Positions 16,401 to 29,400 of a stretch of 64,000 nucleotides of DNA are shown here, piece after piece. Every line of letters begins with the position of its first letter. Positions within the stretch are counted from its first letter, which is position 1. The notes under the pieces were generated by a model, which was not told the DNA's origin, did not search any database, and saw only the letters and a program-made list of their open reading frames with translations. Made by a program: the position numbers and the translations under genes. Source of the stretch: Eledone cirrhosa (Eukaryota). The stretch is taken from the NCBI GenBank assembly GCA_964016885.1, contig OZ024743.1, positions 139,934,001 to 139,998,000 on the forward strand, written 5' to 3'.

Positions 16401-19400
16401 GCACCAAACACCAAGCCCCAAGCAGCAAGCACCAAACACCAAACACCAAGCACCAAGCACCAAACACCAAGCACCAAGCACCAAGCACCTAGCACCAAAC
16501 ACCAAACACCAAGCACCAAGCACCAAACACCAATCACCAATCACCAAGCACCAAACACCAAGCAGCAAGCAGCAAGCACCAAACACCAAACACCAAGCAC
16601 CAAGCACCAAGGACCAAGCACCAAGGACCACACATCAAACACCAAGCACCAAGCACCAAACACCTAAAACCAAGCACCAAGCACCAAGCACTAAGCACCG
16701 AATACCAAGCACCAAACACCAAGCACCAAACACCAAGCACCAAGCACCAAACACCAAGCACCAAACACCAAGCACCAAACACCAAGCACCAAAAACCAAA
16801 CACCAAGCACCAACTACTAAACACCAAGCACCAAGCACCAAACACCAAGCACCAAGCACCAAACACCAAACACCAAGAACCAAGGACCAAACACAAAGCA
16901 CCAAGGACCAAGCACCAGGCACCAAGCACCAAGCACCAAACACAAAACACCAAGCACCAAGCACCAAGCAGCAAACACCAAGCATCAAACACCAAACACC
17001 AAACACCAAGCAACAAACTCCAAGCACAAAGCACCAAAAACCAAACACCAAGCACCAAGCCCCAAACAACAAGCACCAGGCACCAGGCACCAAGCACCAA
17101 ACACCAAACACCAAGCACGCAGCATCAAACACCAAGCACCAAGCACAAAGCACCAAACACCAAGCACCAAGCACCAAGCACCAAGCACCAAACACCAAAC
17201 ACCAAGCACCAAACACCAAACACCAAGCACTAAGCACCAAACACCAAACAACAAGCACCAGGCACCAAGCACCAAACACCAAACACCAAGCACGCATCAC
17301 CAAGCACCAAGCACCAAGCACCAAATACCAAGCACCAAGTACCAAGCACCAAACACCAAACACCAAACACCAAGCACCAAGCACCAAACACCAAGCACCA
17401 AACACCAAACACCAAACACTAATCACCAAGCACCAAGCACCAAACACCGAGCACCAAGCATCAAGCACCAAACACCAAGCACCAAGCACCAAGCACCAAG
17501 CACCAAACACCAAACACCAAGCACCAAACACCGAACCCCAAGCACCAAAGACCAAGCACCAAGCACCAATGACCAAACACCAAGCACCAAGGACCAAGCA
17601 ACAAACACCAAGCACCAAGCACCAAACACCCAGCACCAAGCACCAAGCACCAAACACCAAACACCAAGCACGCAGCATCAAACACCAAGCACCAAGCACC
17701 AAGCACCAAGCACCAATTACCAAACACCAACCACCAAGCACCAAACACCAAACACCAATCACCAAGCACCAAGCACAAAACACCAGGCACCAAGTACCAA
17801 GTACCAAACACCAAACACCAAGCACCAAACACCAGCCACCAAGCACCAAGCACCAAACACCAAACACCAAGCACTAAGCACCAAACACCAAACAGCAAGC
17901 ACCAGGCACCAAGCACCAAACACCAAGCACCAAGCACCAAACACCAAGCACCAAGACCGAAGCACCAAACACCAAGCACCAAGCACCAAACACCAAGCAC
18001 CAAGCACCAATCACCAAACACCAAGAACCAAGCACCAAATACCAAGCACCAAGCACCAAGCACCAGGCACCAAGCACCAAGCACCAAACACAAAACACCA
18101 AACACCAAGAACCAAGCAGCAAACACCAAGCATCAAACACCAAACACCAAACACCAAGCACCAAACACCAAGCACCAAGCACCAAACACCAAACACCAAG
18201 CACCAAGCACCAAGCACCAAACACCAAACACCAAGCACCAAACACCAGATACCAAGCACCAAGCACCAAACACCAAACTCCAAGCACCAAGCACCAAACA
18301 CCAAACAACAAGCACCAGGCACCAAACACCAAACACCAAGCACCAAGCACCAAACACCAAACACCAAGCACGCAGCATCAAACACCAAGCACCAAGCACC
18401 AAGCACCAAATACCAAGCACCAAGCACCAAACACCAACCACCAAACACAAAGCACCAAGCACCAAACACCAAGCACCAAGCAACAAACACCAAGCACCAA
18501 GCACCAAACACCAAACCCCAAGCACCAAGCACCAAACACTAATCACCAAGCACCAAGCACCAAACAACAAGCACCAAGCACCAGGCACCATGCAGCAAGG
18601 ACCAAACACTAATCACCAAGCACCAAGCACCAAGCACCAAACACCAAGCACCAAGCACCAAACACCAAACACCAAGATCCAAAGACCAAGCACCAAGCCC
18701 CAAGCACCTAGCACCAAAAAATAAGCACCAAGCACCAAACACCAAGCACCAAGCACCAAACACCAACCACCCAGCACCAAGCACCAAGCACCAAACACCA
18801 AGCACCAAACACCAATCACCAAGCACCAAGCACCAAGCACCAAACACCAAGTACCAAACACCAAGCACCAAACACCAAGTCCCACGCACCAAGCAGCAAA
18901 CACCAAGCACCAAGCCCCAAGCACCAATCACCAAACACCAAGCACCAAGCACCAAATACCAAACACCAAGCACCAAGGACCAAACATCAAACACCAAGCA
19001 CCAAGCACCAAACGCCTAACACCAAGCACCAAGCACCAAGCACCAAGCACCAAACACCAAGCACCAATCACCAAACACCAAGCACCAAGCACCAAACACC
19101 AAGCACCAGGCACCAAGCACCAAACACCAAGCACCAAGCACCAAACACCAAGCACCAAGACCGAAGCACCAAACACCAAGCACCAAGCACAAAGCACCAA
19201 GCACCAAGCACCAAAAACAAAACACCAAGCACCAAGTACCAAACACCGAGCACCAAGCACCAAACACCAAGCACCAAGCACCAATCACCAAACACCAAGA
19301 ACCAAGCACCAAATACCAAGCACCAAGCACCAAGCACCAGGCACCAAGCACCAAGCACCAAACACAAAACACCAAGCACCAAGAACCAAGCAGCAAACAC

Positions 19401-20600
19401 CAAGCATCAAACACCAAACACCAAACACCAAGCACCAAACACCAAGCACCAAGCACCAAACACCAAACACCAAGCACCGAGCACCAAGCACCAAACACCA
19501 AACACCAAGCACCAAACACCAGATACCAAGCACCAAGCACCAAACACCAAACTCCAAGCACCAAGCACCAAACACCAAACAACAAGCACCAGGCACCAAA
19601 CACCAAACACCAAGCACCAAGCACCAAACACCAAACACCAAGCACGCAGCATCAAACACCAAGCACCAAGCACCAAGCACCAAATACCAAGCACCAAGCA
19701 CCAAACACCAACCACCAAACACAAAGCACCAAGCACCAAACACCAAGCACCAAGCACCAAACACCAAGCACCAAGCACCAAACACCAAACCCCAAGCACC
19801 AAGCACCAAACACTAATCACCAAGCACCAAGCACCAAACAACAAGCACCAAGCACCAAGCACCAGGCACCAAGCAGCAAGCACCAAACACTAATCACCAA
19901 GCACCAAGCACCAAGCACCAAACACCAAGCACCAATCATCAAACACCAAACACCAAGATCCAAAGACCAAGCACCAAGCCCCAAGCACCAAGCACCAAAA
20001 AATAAGCACCAAGCACCAAACACCAAGCACCAAGCACCAAACACCAACCACCCAGCACCAAGCACCAAGCACCAAACACCAAGCACCAAACACCAAACAC
20101 CAAGCACCAAGCACCAAGCGCCAAGCACCAAACACCAAGCACCAAGCACTAAGCACCAAACACCAAGCCCCAAGCAGCAAGCACCAAACACCAAACACCA
20201 AGCACCAAGCACCAAACCGCAAGCACCAAGCACCAAGCACCTAGCACCAAACACCAAACACCAAGCACCAAGCACCAAACACCAATCACCAATCACCAAG
20301 CACCAAACACCAAGCAGCAAGCAGCAAGCACCAAACACCAAACACCAAGCACCAAGCACCAAACACCAAGCACCAAGGACCACACATCAAACACCAAGCA
20401 CCAAGCACCAAACACCTAACACCAAGCACCAAGCACCAAGCACCAAGCACCGAATACCAAGCACCAAACACCAAGCACCAAACACCAAGCACCAAGCACC
20501 AAACACCAAGCACCAAACACCAAGCACCAAACACCAAGCACCAAAAACCAAACACCAAGCACCAACTACTAAACACCAAGCACCAAGCACCAAACACCAA
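13430..20600 (+). repeat. Dispersed duplication ~13.4-15.3 kb vs ~18.7-20.6 kb (offset 5305), inside a mosaic with further offsets of 1274, 1567, 3521 and 3906
   Basis: GTCCCACG at 13574 and 18879. ORF pairs 13623/18928, 13711/19016 and 14102/19407. Also 18011/19285/21917, 14967/16534 and 17423/20944. Boundaries are approximate. Confidence 0.85.
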
Positions 20601-22659
20601 GCACCAAGCACCAAACACCAAACACAAAGCACCAAACACCAAGCACCAAGCACCAAGCACCAAGCACCAAACACCAAACACCAAGCACCAAACACCAGCC
20701 ACCATGCACCAAGCACCAAACACCAAACACCAAGCACTAAGCACCAAACACCAAACAACAAGCACCAGGCACCAAGCACCAAACACCAAACACCAAGCAC
20801 GCATCACCAAGCACCAAGCACCAAGCACCAAACACCAAGCACCAAGCACCAAGCACCAAACACCAAACACCAAACACCAAGCACCAAGCACCAAACACCA
20901 AGCACCAAACACCAAACCCCAAGCACCAATCACAAAACACTAATCACCAAGCACCAAGCACCAAACACCGAGCACCAAGCATCAAGCACCAAACACCAAG
21001 CACCAAGCACCAAGCACCAAGCACCAAACACCAAACACCAAGCACCAAACACCAAACCCCAAGCACCAAAGACCAAGCACCAAGCACCAAGGACCAAACA
21101 CCAAGCACCAAGGTCCAAGCAACAAACACCAAGCACCAAGCACCAAACACCCAGCACCAAGCACCAAGCACCAAACACCAAACACCAACCACGCAGCATC
21201 AAACACCAAGCACCAAGCACCAAGCACCAAGCACCAATTACCAAACACCAACCACCAAGCACCAAACACCAAACACCAATCACCAAGCACCAAGCACGAA
21301 ACACCAGGCACCAAGTACCAAGTACCAAACACCAAACACCAAGCACCAAACACCAGCCACCAAGCACCAAGCACCAAACACCAAACACCAAGCACTAAGC
21401 ACCAAACACCAAACAGCAAGCACCAGGCACCAAGCACCAAACACCAAGCACCAAGCACCAAACACCAAGCACCAAGACCGAAGCACCAAACACCAAGCAC
21501 CAAGCACAAAGCACCAAGCACCAAGCACCAAAAACCAAACACCAAGCACCAAGTACCAAACACCAAGCACCAAGCACCAAACACCAAGCACCAAGCACCA
21601 ATCACCAAACACCAAGAACCAAGCACCAAACACCAAGCACCAAGCACCAAGCACCAGGCACCAAGCACCAAGCACCAAACACAAAACACCAAGCACCAAG
21701 AACCAAGCAGCAAACACCAAGCATCAAACACCAAACACCAAACACCAAGCACCAAGCACCAAGCACCAAACACCAAACACCAAGCACCAAGACCGAAGCA
21801 CCAAACACCAAGCACCAAGCACAAAGCACCAAGCACCAAGCACCAAAAACCAAACACGAAGCACCAAGTACCAAACACCAAGCACCAAGCACCAAACACC
21901 AAGCACCAAGCACCAATCACCAAACTCCAAGAACCAAGCACCAAATACCAAGCACCAAGCACCAAGCACCAGGCACCAAGCACCAAGCACCAAACACAAA
22001 ACACCAAGCACCAAGAACCAAGCAGCAAACACCAAGCATCAAACACCAAACACCAAACACCAAGCACCAAACACCAAGCACCAAGCACCAAACACCAAAC
22101 ACCAAGCACCAAGCACCAAGCACCAAACACCAAACACCAAGCACCAAACACCAGATACCAAGCACCAAGCACCAAACACCAAACTCCAAGCACCAAGCAC
22201 CAAACACCAAACAACAAGCACCAGGCACCAAACACCAAACACCAAGCACCAAGCACCAAACACCAAACACCAAGCACGCAGCATCAAACACCAAGCACCA
22301 AGCACCAAGCACCAAATACCAAGCACCAAGCACCAAACACCAACCACCAAACACAAAGCACCAAGCACCAAACACCAAGCACCAAGCAACAAACACCAAG
22401 CACCAAGCACCAAACACCAAACCCCAAGCACCAAGCACCAAACACTAATCACCAAGCACCAAGCACCAAACAACAAGCACCAAGCACCAGGCACCATGCA
22501 GCAAGCACCAAAGACTAATCACCAAGCACCAAGCACCAAGCACCAAACACCAAGCACCAAGCACCAAACACCAAACACCAAGATCCAAAGACCAAGCACC
22601 AAGCCCCAAGCACCAAGCACCAAAAAATAAGCACCAAGCACCAAACACCAAGCACCAAG

Positions 22660-25600
22660 CACCAAACACCAACCACCCAGCACCAAGCACCAAGCACCAA
22701 ACACCAAGCACCAAACACCAAACACCAAGCACCAAGCACCAAGCGCCAAGCACCAAACACCAAGCCCCAAGCACTAAGCACCAAACACCAAGCCCCAAGC
22801 AGCAAGCACCAAACACCAAACACCAAGCACCAAGCACCAAACACCAAGCACCAAGCACCAAGCACCTAGCACCAAACACCAAACACCAAGCACCAAGCAC
22901 CAAACACCAATCACCAAGCACCAAACACCAAGCAGCAAGCAGCAAGCACCAAGCACCAAACACCAAGCACCAAGCACCAAGCCCCTAGCACCAAACACCA
23001 AACCCCAAGCACCAAGCACGCATCACCAAACACCAAGCACCAAGCACCAAGCACCAAAAACCAAGCACCAAGCACCAAGCACCAAAAACCAAACACCAAA
23101 CACCGAGCACCGAGAACCAAACACCAAACACCAAACAGCAAACACCAAGCACCAAGCACGAAACACCAGGCACCAAGCACCAAGTACCAAACACCAAACA
23201 CCAAGCACCAAACACCAGCCACCAAGCACCAAGCACCAAACACCAAACACCAAGCACTAAGCACCAAACACCAAACAGCAAGCACCAGGCACCAAGCACC
23301 AAACACCAAACACCAAGCACGCAGCACCAAACACCAAGCACCAAGCACCAAGCACCAAACACCAAACACCAAGCACCAAGCACCAAGAATCAAACACCAA
23401 ACACCAAACAGCAAGCACCAAGCACCAAACACCAAGCACCAAACACGAAACATAGAGCACTAAGCACCAAACACCAAACAACAAGCACCAGGCACCAAGC
23501 ACCAAACACCAAACACCAAGCACGCAGCACCAAACACCAAGCACCAAGCACCAAGCACCAAACACCAAGCACCAATCACCAAACACCAAGCACCAAGCAC
23601 CAAATACCAAGCACCAGGCACCAACCAGCAAACACCAAGCACCAAGCACCAAACACCAAGCACCAAACACAAAGCACCAAGCACCAAACACCAAACCCCA
23701 AACACCAAACAGCAAACACCAAACAGCAAACACCAAACACCAAACAGCAAACAGCAAACGCCAAACACCAAGCACCAAGCACCAAGCACCAAACACCAAG
23801 CACCAAGCACCAAGCACAAAACACCAAACACCAAGCACCAAGGACCAAACATCAAACACCAAGCACCAAGCACCAAACACCAAACACCAAGCACCAAACA
23901 CCAAGCACCAAACACCAAGCACCAAACACCAAGCACCAAACACCAAACACCAAGCACCAAGCACCAAGCACCAAACACCAAGTACCAAACACCAAGCACC
24001 AAACACCAAGTCCCACGCACCAAGCAGCAAACACCAAGCACCAAGCCCCAAGCACCAAACACCAAGCACCAAGCACCAAGCCCCTAGCACCAAACACCAA
24101 ACCCCAAGCACCAAGCACGCATCACCAAACACCAAGCACCAAGCACCAAGCACCAAAAACCAAGCACCAAGCACCAAGCACCAAAAACCAAACACCAAAC
24201 ACCGAGCACCAAGAACCAAACACCAAACACCAAACAGCAAACACCAAGCACCAAAAACCAAGCACCAAGCACTAAACACCAAACACCAAGCACCAAGCAC
24301 CAAGCACCAAACACCAAACACCAAGCACCAAGCACCAAACACCAAACACCAAGCACTAAGCACCAAACACCAAACAGCAAGCACCAGGCACCAAGCACCA
24401 AACACCAAACACCAAGCACGCAGCACCAAACACCAAGCACCAAGCACCAAGCACCAAACACCAAACACCAAGCACCAAGCACCAAGAATCAAACACCAAA
24501 CACCAACAGCAAGCACCAAGCACCAAACACCAAGCACCAAACACGAAACACCAAGCACTAAGCACCAAACACCAAACAACAAGCACCAGGCACCAAGCAC
24601 CAAACACCAAGCACGCAGCACCAAACACCAAGCACCAAGCACCAAACACCAAGCACCAAGCACCAAATACTAAGCACCAGGCACCAAGCAGCAAACACCA
24701 AGCACCAAGCACCAAACACCAAGCACCAAACACAAAGCACCAAGCACCAAACACCAAACCCCAAGCACCAAACACCAAACCTCAAGCACCAAGCACAAAA
24801 CACTAATCACCAAGCACCAAGCACCAAACAACAAGCACCAAGCACCAAGCACCAGGCACCAAGCACCAAGCACCAAACACTAATCACCAAGCACCAACCA
24901 CCAAGCACCAAACACCAAGCACCAAGCACCAAGCACAAAACACCAAGCACCAAGCACCAAACACCAAACACCAAGCACCAAAGACCAAGCACGAAGCACC
25001 AAGCACCAAGCACCAAACAATAAGCACCAAGCACCAAGCACCAAACACCAAGCACCAAGCACCATGCACCAAGCACCAAGCACTAAGCACCAAACACCAA
25101 GCCCCAAGCACCAAGCACCAAACACCAAACACCAAGCACCAAGCACCAAACACCAAGCACCAAGCACCATGCACCTCGCACCAAACACCAAACACCAAGC
25201 ACCAAGCACCAAACACCAAGCACCAATCACCAAGCACCAAACACCAAGCAGCAAGCACCAAACACCAAGCACCAAACACCAAGCACCAAGCACCAAGCAC
25301 CAAACACCAAGCACCAGCCACCAAGCACCAAACACCAAGCACCATGCACCAAGCACCAAGCCCCAAACACTTAACACCAAGCACCAAGCACCAAGCACCA
25401 AACACCAATTACCAAAAACCAAACACCAAGCACCAAGTACCAAACACCAAGCACCAAGCACCAAACACCAAGCACCAAGCACCAATCACCAAACACCAAG
25501 AACCAAGCACCAAACACCAAGCACCAAGGACCAAACATCAAACACCAAGCACCAAGCACCAAACACCTAACACCAAGCACCAAGCACCAAGCACCGAACA

Positions 25601-26460
25601 CCAAGCACATAACACCAAGCACCAAACACCAAGCACCGAGCACCAAACACCAAGCACCAAACACCAAGCACCAAGCACCAAACACCAAGCACCAGGCACC
25701 AAGCACCAAACACCAAGCACCATGCACCAAGCACCAAGCGCCAAACACTTAACACCAAGCACCAAGCACCAAGCACCAAACACCAATCACCAAAAACCAA
25801 ACACCAAGCACCAAGTACCAAACACCAAGCACCAAGCACCAAACACCAAGCACCAAGCACCAATCACCAAACACCAAGAACCAAGCACCATACACCAAGC
25901 ACCAAGCACCAAGCACCAGGCACCAAGCACCAAGCACCAAACACAAAACACCAAGCACCAAGCACTAAGCAGCAAACACCAAGCATCAAACACCAAACAC
26001 CAAACACCAAGCACCAAACACCAAGCACCAAGCACCAAACACCAAACACCAAGCACCAAGCACCAAGCACCAAACAACAAACACCAAGCACCAAACACCA
26101 GATATCAAGCACCAAGCACCAAACACCAAACACCAAGCACCAAGCACCAAACACCAAACAACAAGCACCAGGCACCAAGCACCAAACACCAACCACCCAG
26201 CACCAAGCACCAAGCACCAAACACCAAGCACCAAACACCAAACACCAAGCACCAAGCACCAAGCGCCAAGCACCAAACACCAAGCCCCAAGCACTAAGCA
26301 CCAAACACCAAGCCCCAAGCAGCAAGCACCAAACACCAAACACCAAGCACCAAGCACCAAACACCAAGCACCAAGCACCAAGCACCTAGCACCAAACACC
26401 AAACACCAAGCACCAAGCACCAAACACCAATCACCAAGCACCAAACACCAAGCAGCAAGC
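22660..26460 (+). repeat. More diverged upstream copy of the 4.2-kb macro-unit (offsets 3520-3591 to the next copy)
   Basis: ORF pairs 22774/26294 and 22985/26505 (offset 3520), and 24670/28261 and 24807/28398 (offset 3591). Shared markers CCGAGCACCGAGAACC, GAATCAAAC, AATACTAAGC and AACCTCAAGC. Confidence 0.85.
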
Positions 26461-26462
26461 AG

Positions 26463-29400
26463 CAAGCACCAAGCACCAAACACCAAGCACCAAGCACCAA
26501 GCCCCTAGCACCAAACACCAAACCCCAAGCACCAAGCACGCATCACCAAACACCAAGCACCAAGCACCAAGCACCAAAAACCAAGCACCAAGCACCAAGC
26601 ACCAAAAACCAAACACCAAACACCGAGCACCGAGAACCAAACACCAAACACCAAACAGCAAACACCAAGCACCAAGCACGAAACACCAGGCACCAAGCAC
26701 CAAGTACCAAACACCAAACACCAAGCACCAAACACCAGCCACCAAGCACCAAGCACCAAACACCAAACACCAAGCACTAAGCACCAAACACCAAACAGCA
26801 AGCACCAGGCACCAAGCACCAAACACCAAACACCAAGCACGCAGCACCAAACACCAAGCACCAAGCACCAAGCACCAAACACCAAACACCAAGCACCAAG
26901 CACCAAGAATCAAACACCAAACACCAAACAGCAAGCACCAAGCACCAAACACCAAGCACCAAACACGAAACACCAAGCACTAAGCACCAAACACCAAACA
27001 ACAAGCACCAGGCACCAAGCACCAAACACCAAACACCAAGCACGCAGCACCAAACACCAAGCACCAAGCACCAAGCACCAAACACCAAGCACCAATCACC
27101 AAACACCAAGCACCAAGCACCAAATACCAAGCACCAGGCACCAACCAGCAAACACCAAGCACCAAACACCAAACCCCAACCACCATAGACCAAGCATGAA
27201 GCACCAAAGAACAAACACCAAGCACCAAACACCAAACACCAAACACCAAACACCAAGCACCAAGCACTAAACAGCAAGCACCAAACACCAAACACCAAAC
27301 AGCAAACACCAAACAGCAAACACCAAACACCAAACAGCAAACGCCAAACACCAAGCACCAAGCACCAAGCACCAAACACCAAGCACCAAGCACCAAGCAC
27401 AAAACACCAAACACCAAGCACCAAGGACCAAACATCAAACACCAAGCACCAAGCACCAAACACCAAACACCAAGCACCAAACACCAAGCACCAAACACCA
27501 AGCACCAAACACCAAGCACCAAACACCAAACACCAAGCACCAAGCACCAAGCACCAAACACCAAGTACCAAACACCAAGCACCAAACACCAAGTCCCACG
27601 CACCAAGCAGCAAACACCAAGCACCAAGCCCCAAGCACCAAACACCAAGCACCAAGCACCAAGCCCCTAGCACCAAACACCAAACCCCAAGCACCAAGCA
27701 CGCATCACCAAACACCAAGCACCAAGCACCAAGCACCAAAAACCAAGCACCAAGCACCAAGCACCAAAAACCAAACACCAAACACCGAGCACCAAGAACC
27801 AAACACCAAACACCAAACAGCAAACACCAAGCACCAAGCACGAAACACCAGGCACCAAGCACCAAGTACCAAACACCAAACACCAAGCACCAAACACCAG
27901 CCACCAAGCACCAAGCACCAAACACCAAACACCAAGCACTAAGCACCAAACACCAAACAGCAAGCACCAGGCACCAAGCACCAAACACCAAACACCAAGC
28001 ACGCAGCACCAAACACCAAGCACCAAGCACCAAGCACCAAACACCAAACACCAAGCACCAAGCACCAAGAATCAAACACCAAACACCAAACAGCAAGCAC
28101 CAAGCACCAAACACCAAGCACCAAACACGAAACACCAAGCACTAAGCACCAAACACCAAACAACAAGCACCAGGCACCAAGCACCAAACACCAAACACCA
28201 AGCACGCAGCACCAAACACCAAGCACCAAGCACCAAACACCAAGCACCAAGCACCAAATACTAAGCACCAGGCACCAAGCAGCAAACACCAAGCACCAAG
28301 CACCAAACACCAAGCACCAAACACAAAGCACCAAGCACCAAACACCAAACCCCAAGCACCAAACACCAAACCTCAAGCACCAAGCACAAAACACTAATCA
28401 CCAAGCACCAAGCACCAAACAACAAGCACCAAGCACCAAGCACCAGGCACCAAGCACCAAGCACCAAACACTAATCACCAAGCACCAACCACCAAGCACC
28501 AAACACCAAGCACCAAGCACCAAGCACAAAACAACAAGCACCAAGCACCAAACACCAAACACCAAGCACCAAAGACCAAGCACGAAGCACCAAGCACCAA
28601 GCACCAAACAATAAGCACCAAGCACCAAGCACCAAACACCAAGCACCAAGCACCATGCACCAAGCACCAAGCACTAAGCACCAAACACCAAGCCCCAAGC
28701 ACCAAGCACCAAACACCAAACACCAAGCACCAAGCACCAAACACCAAGCACCAAGCACCATGCACCTAGCACCAAACACCAAACACCAAGCACCAAGCAC
28801 CAAACACCAAGCACCAATCACCAAGCACCAAACACCAAGCAGCAAGCACCAAACACCAAGCACCAAACACCAAGCACCAAGCACCAAGCACCAAACACCA
28901 AGCACCAGCCACCAAGCACCAAACACCAAGCACCAGGCACCAAGCACCAAGCACCAAACACTAATCACCAAGCACCAACCACCAAGCACCAAACACCAAG
29001 CACCAAGCACCAAGCACAAAACAACAAGCACCAAGCACCAAACACCAAACACCAAGCACCAAAGACCAAGCACGAAGCACCAAGCACCAAGCACCAAACA
29101 ATAAGCACCAAGCACCAATTACCAAAAACCAAACACCAAGCACCAAGTACCAAACACCAAGCACCAAGCACCAAACACCAAGCACCAAGCACCAATCACC
29201 AAACACCAAGAACCAAGCACCAAACACCAAGCACCCAGGACCAAACATCAAACACCAAGCACCAAGCACCAAACACCTAACACCAAGCACCAAGCACCAA
29301 GCACCGAACACCAAGCACATAACACCAAGCACCAAACACCAAGCACCAAGCACCAAACACCAAGCACCAAACACCAAGCACCAAGCACCAAACACCAAGC

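Noticed and set aside
23257-24666. Hydrophobic minus-strand ORFs (WCLVLGA/WCLVFGV)n resembling membrane proteins
   Set aside because: They overlap in all three frames across the whole window, most begin at GTG/TTG codons inherent to the repeat, and variation follows a 7-bp rather than a codon pattern.
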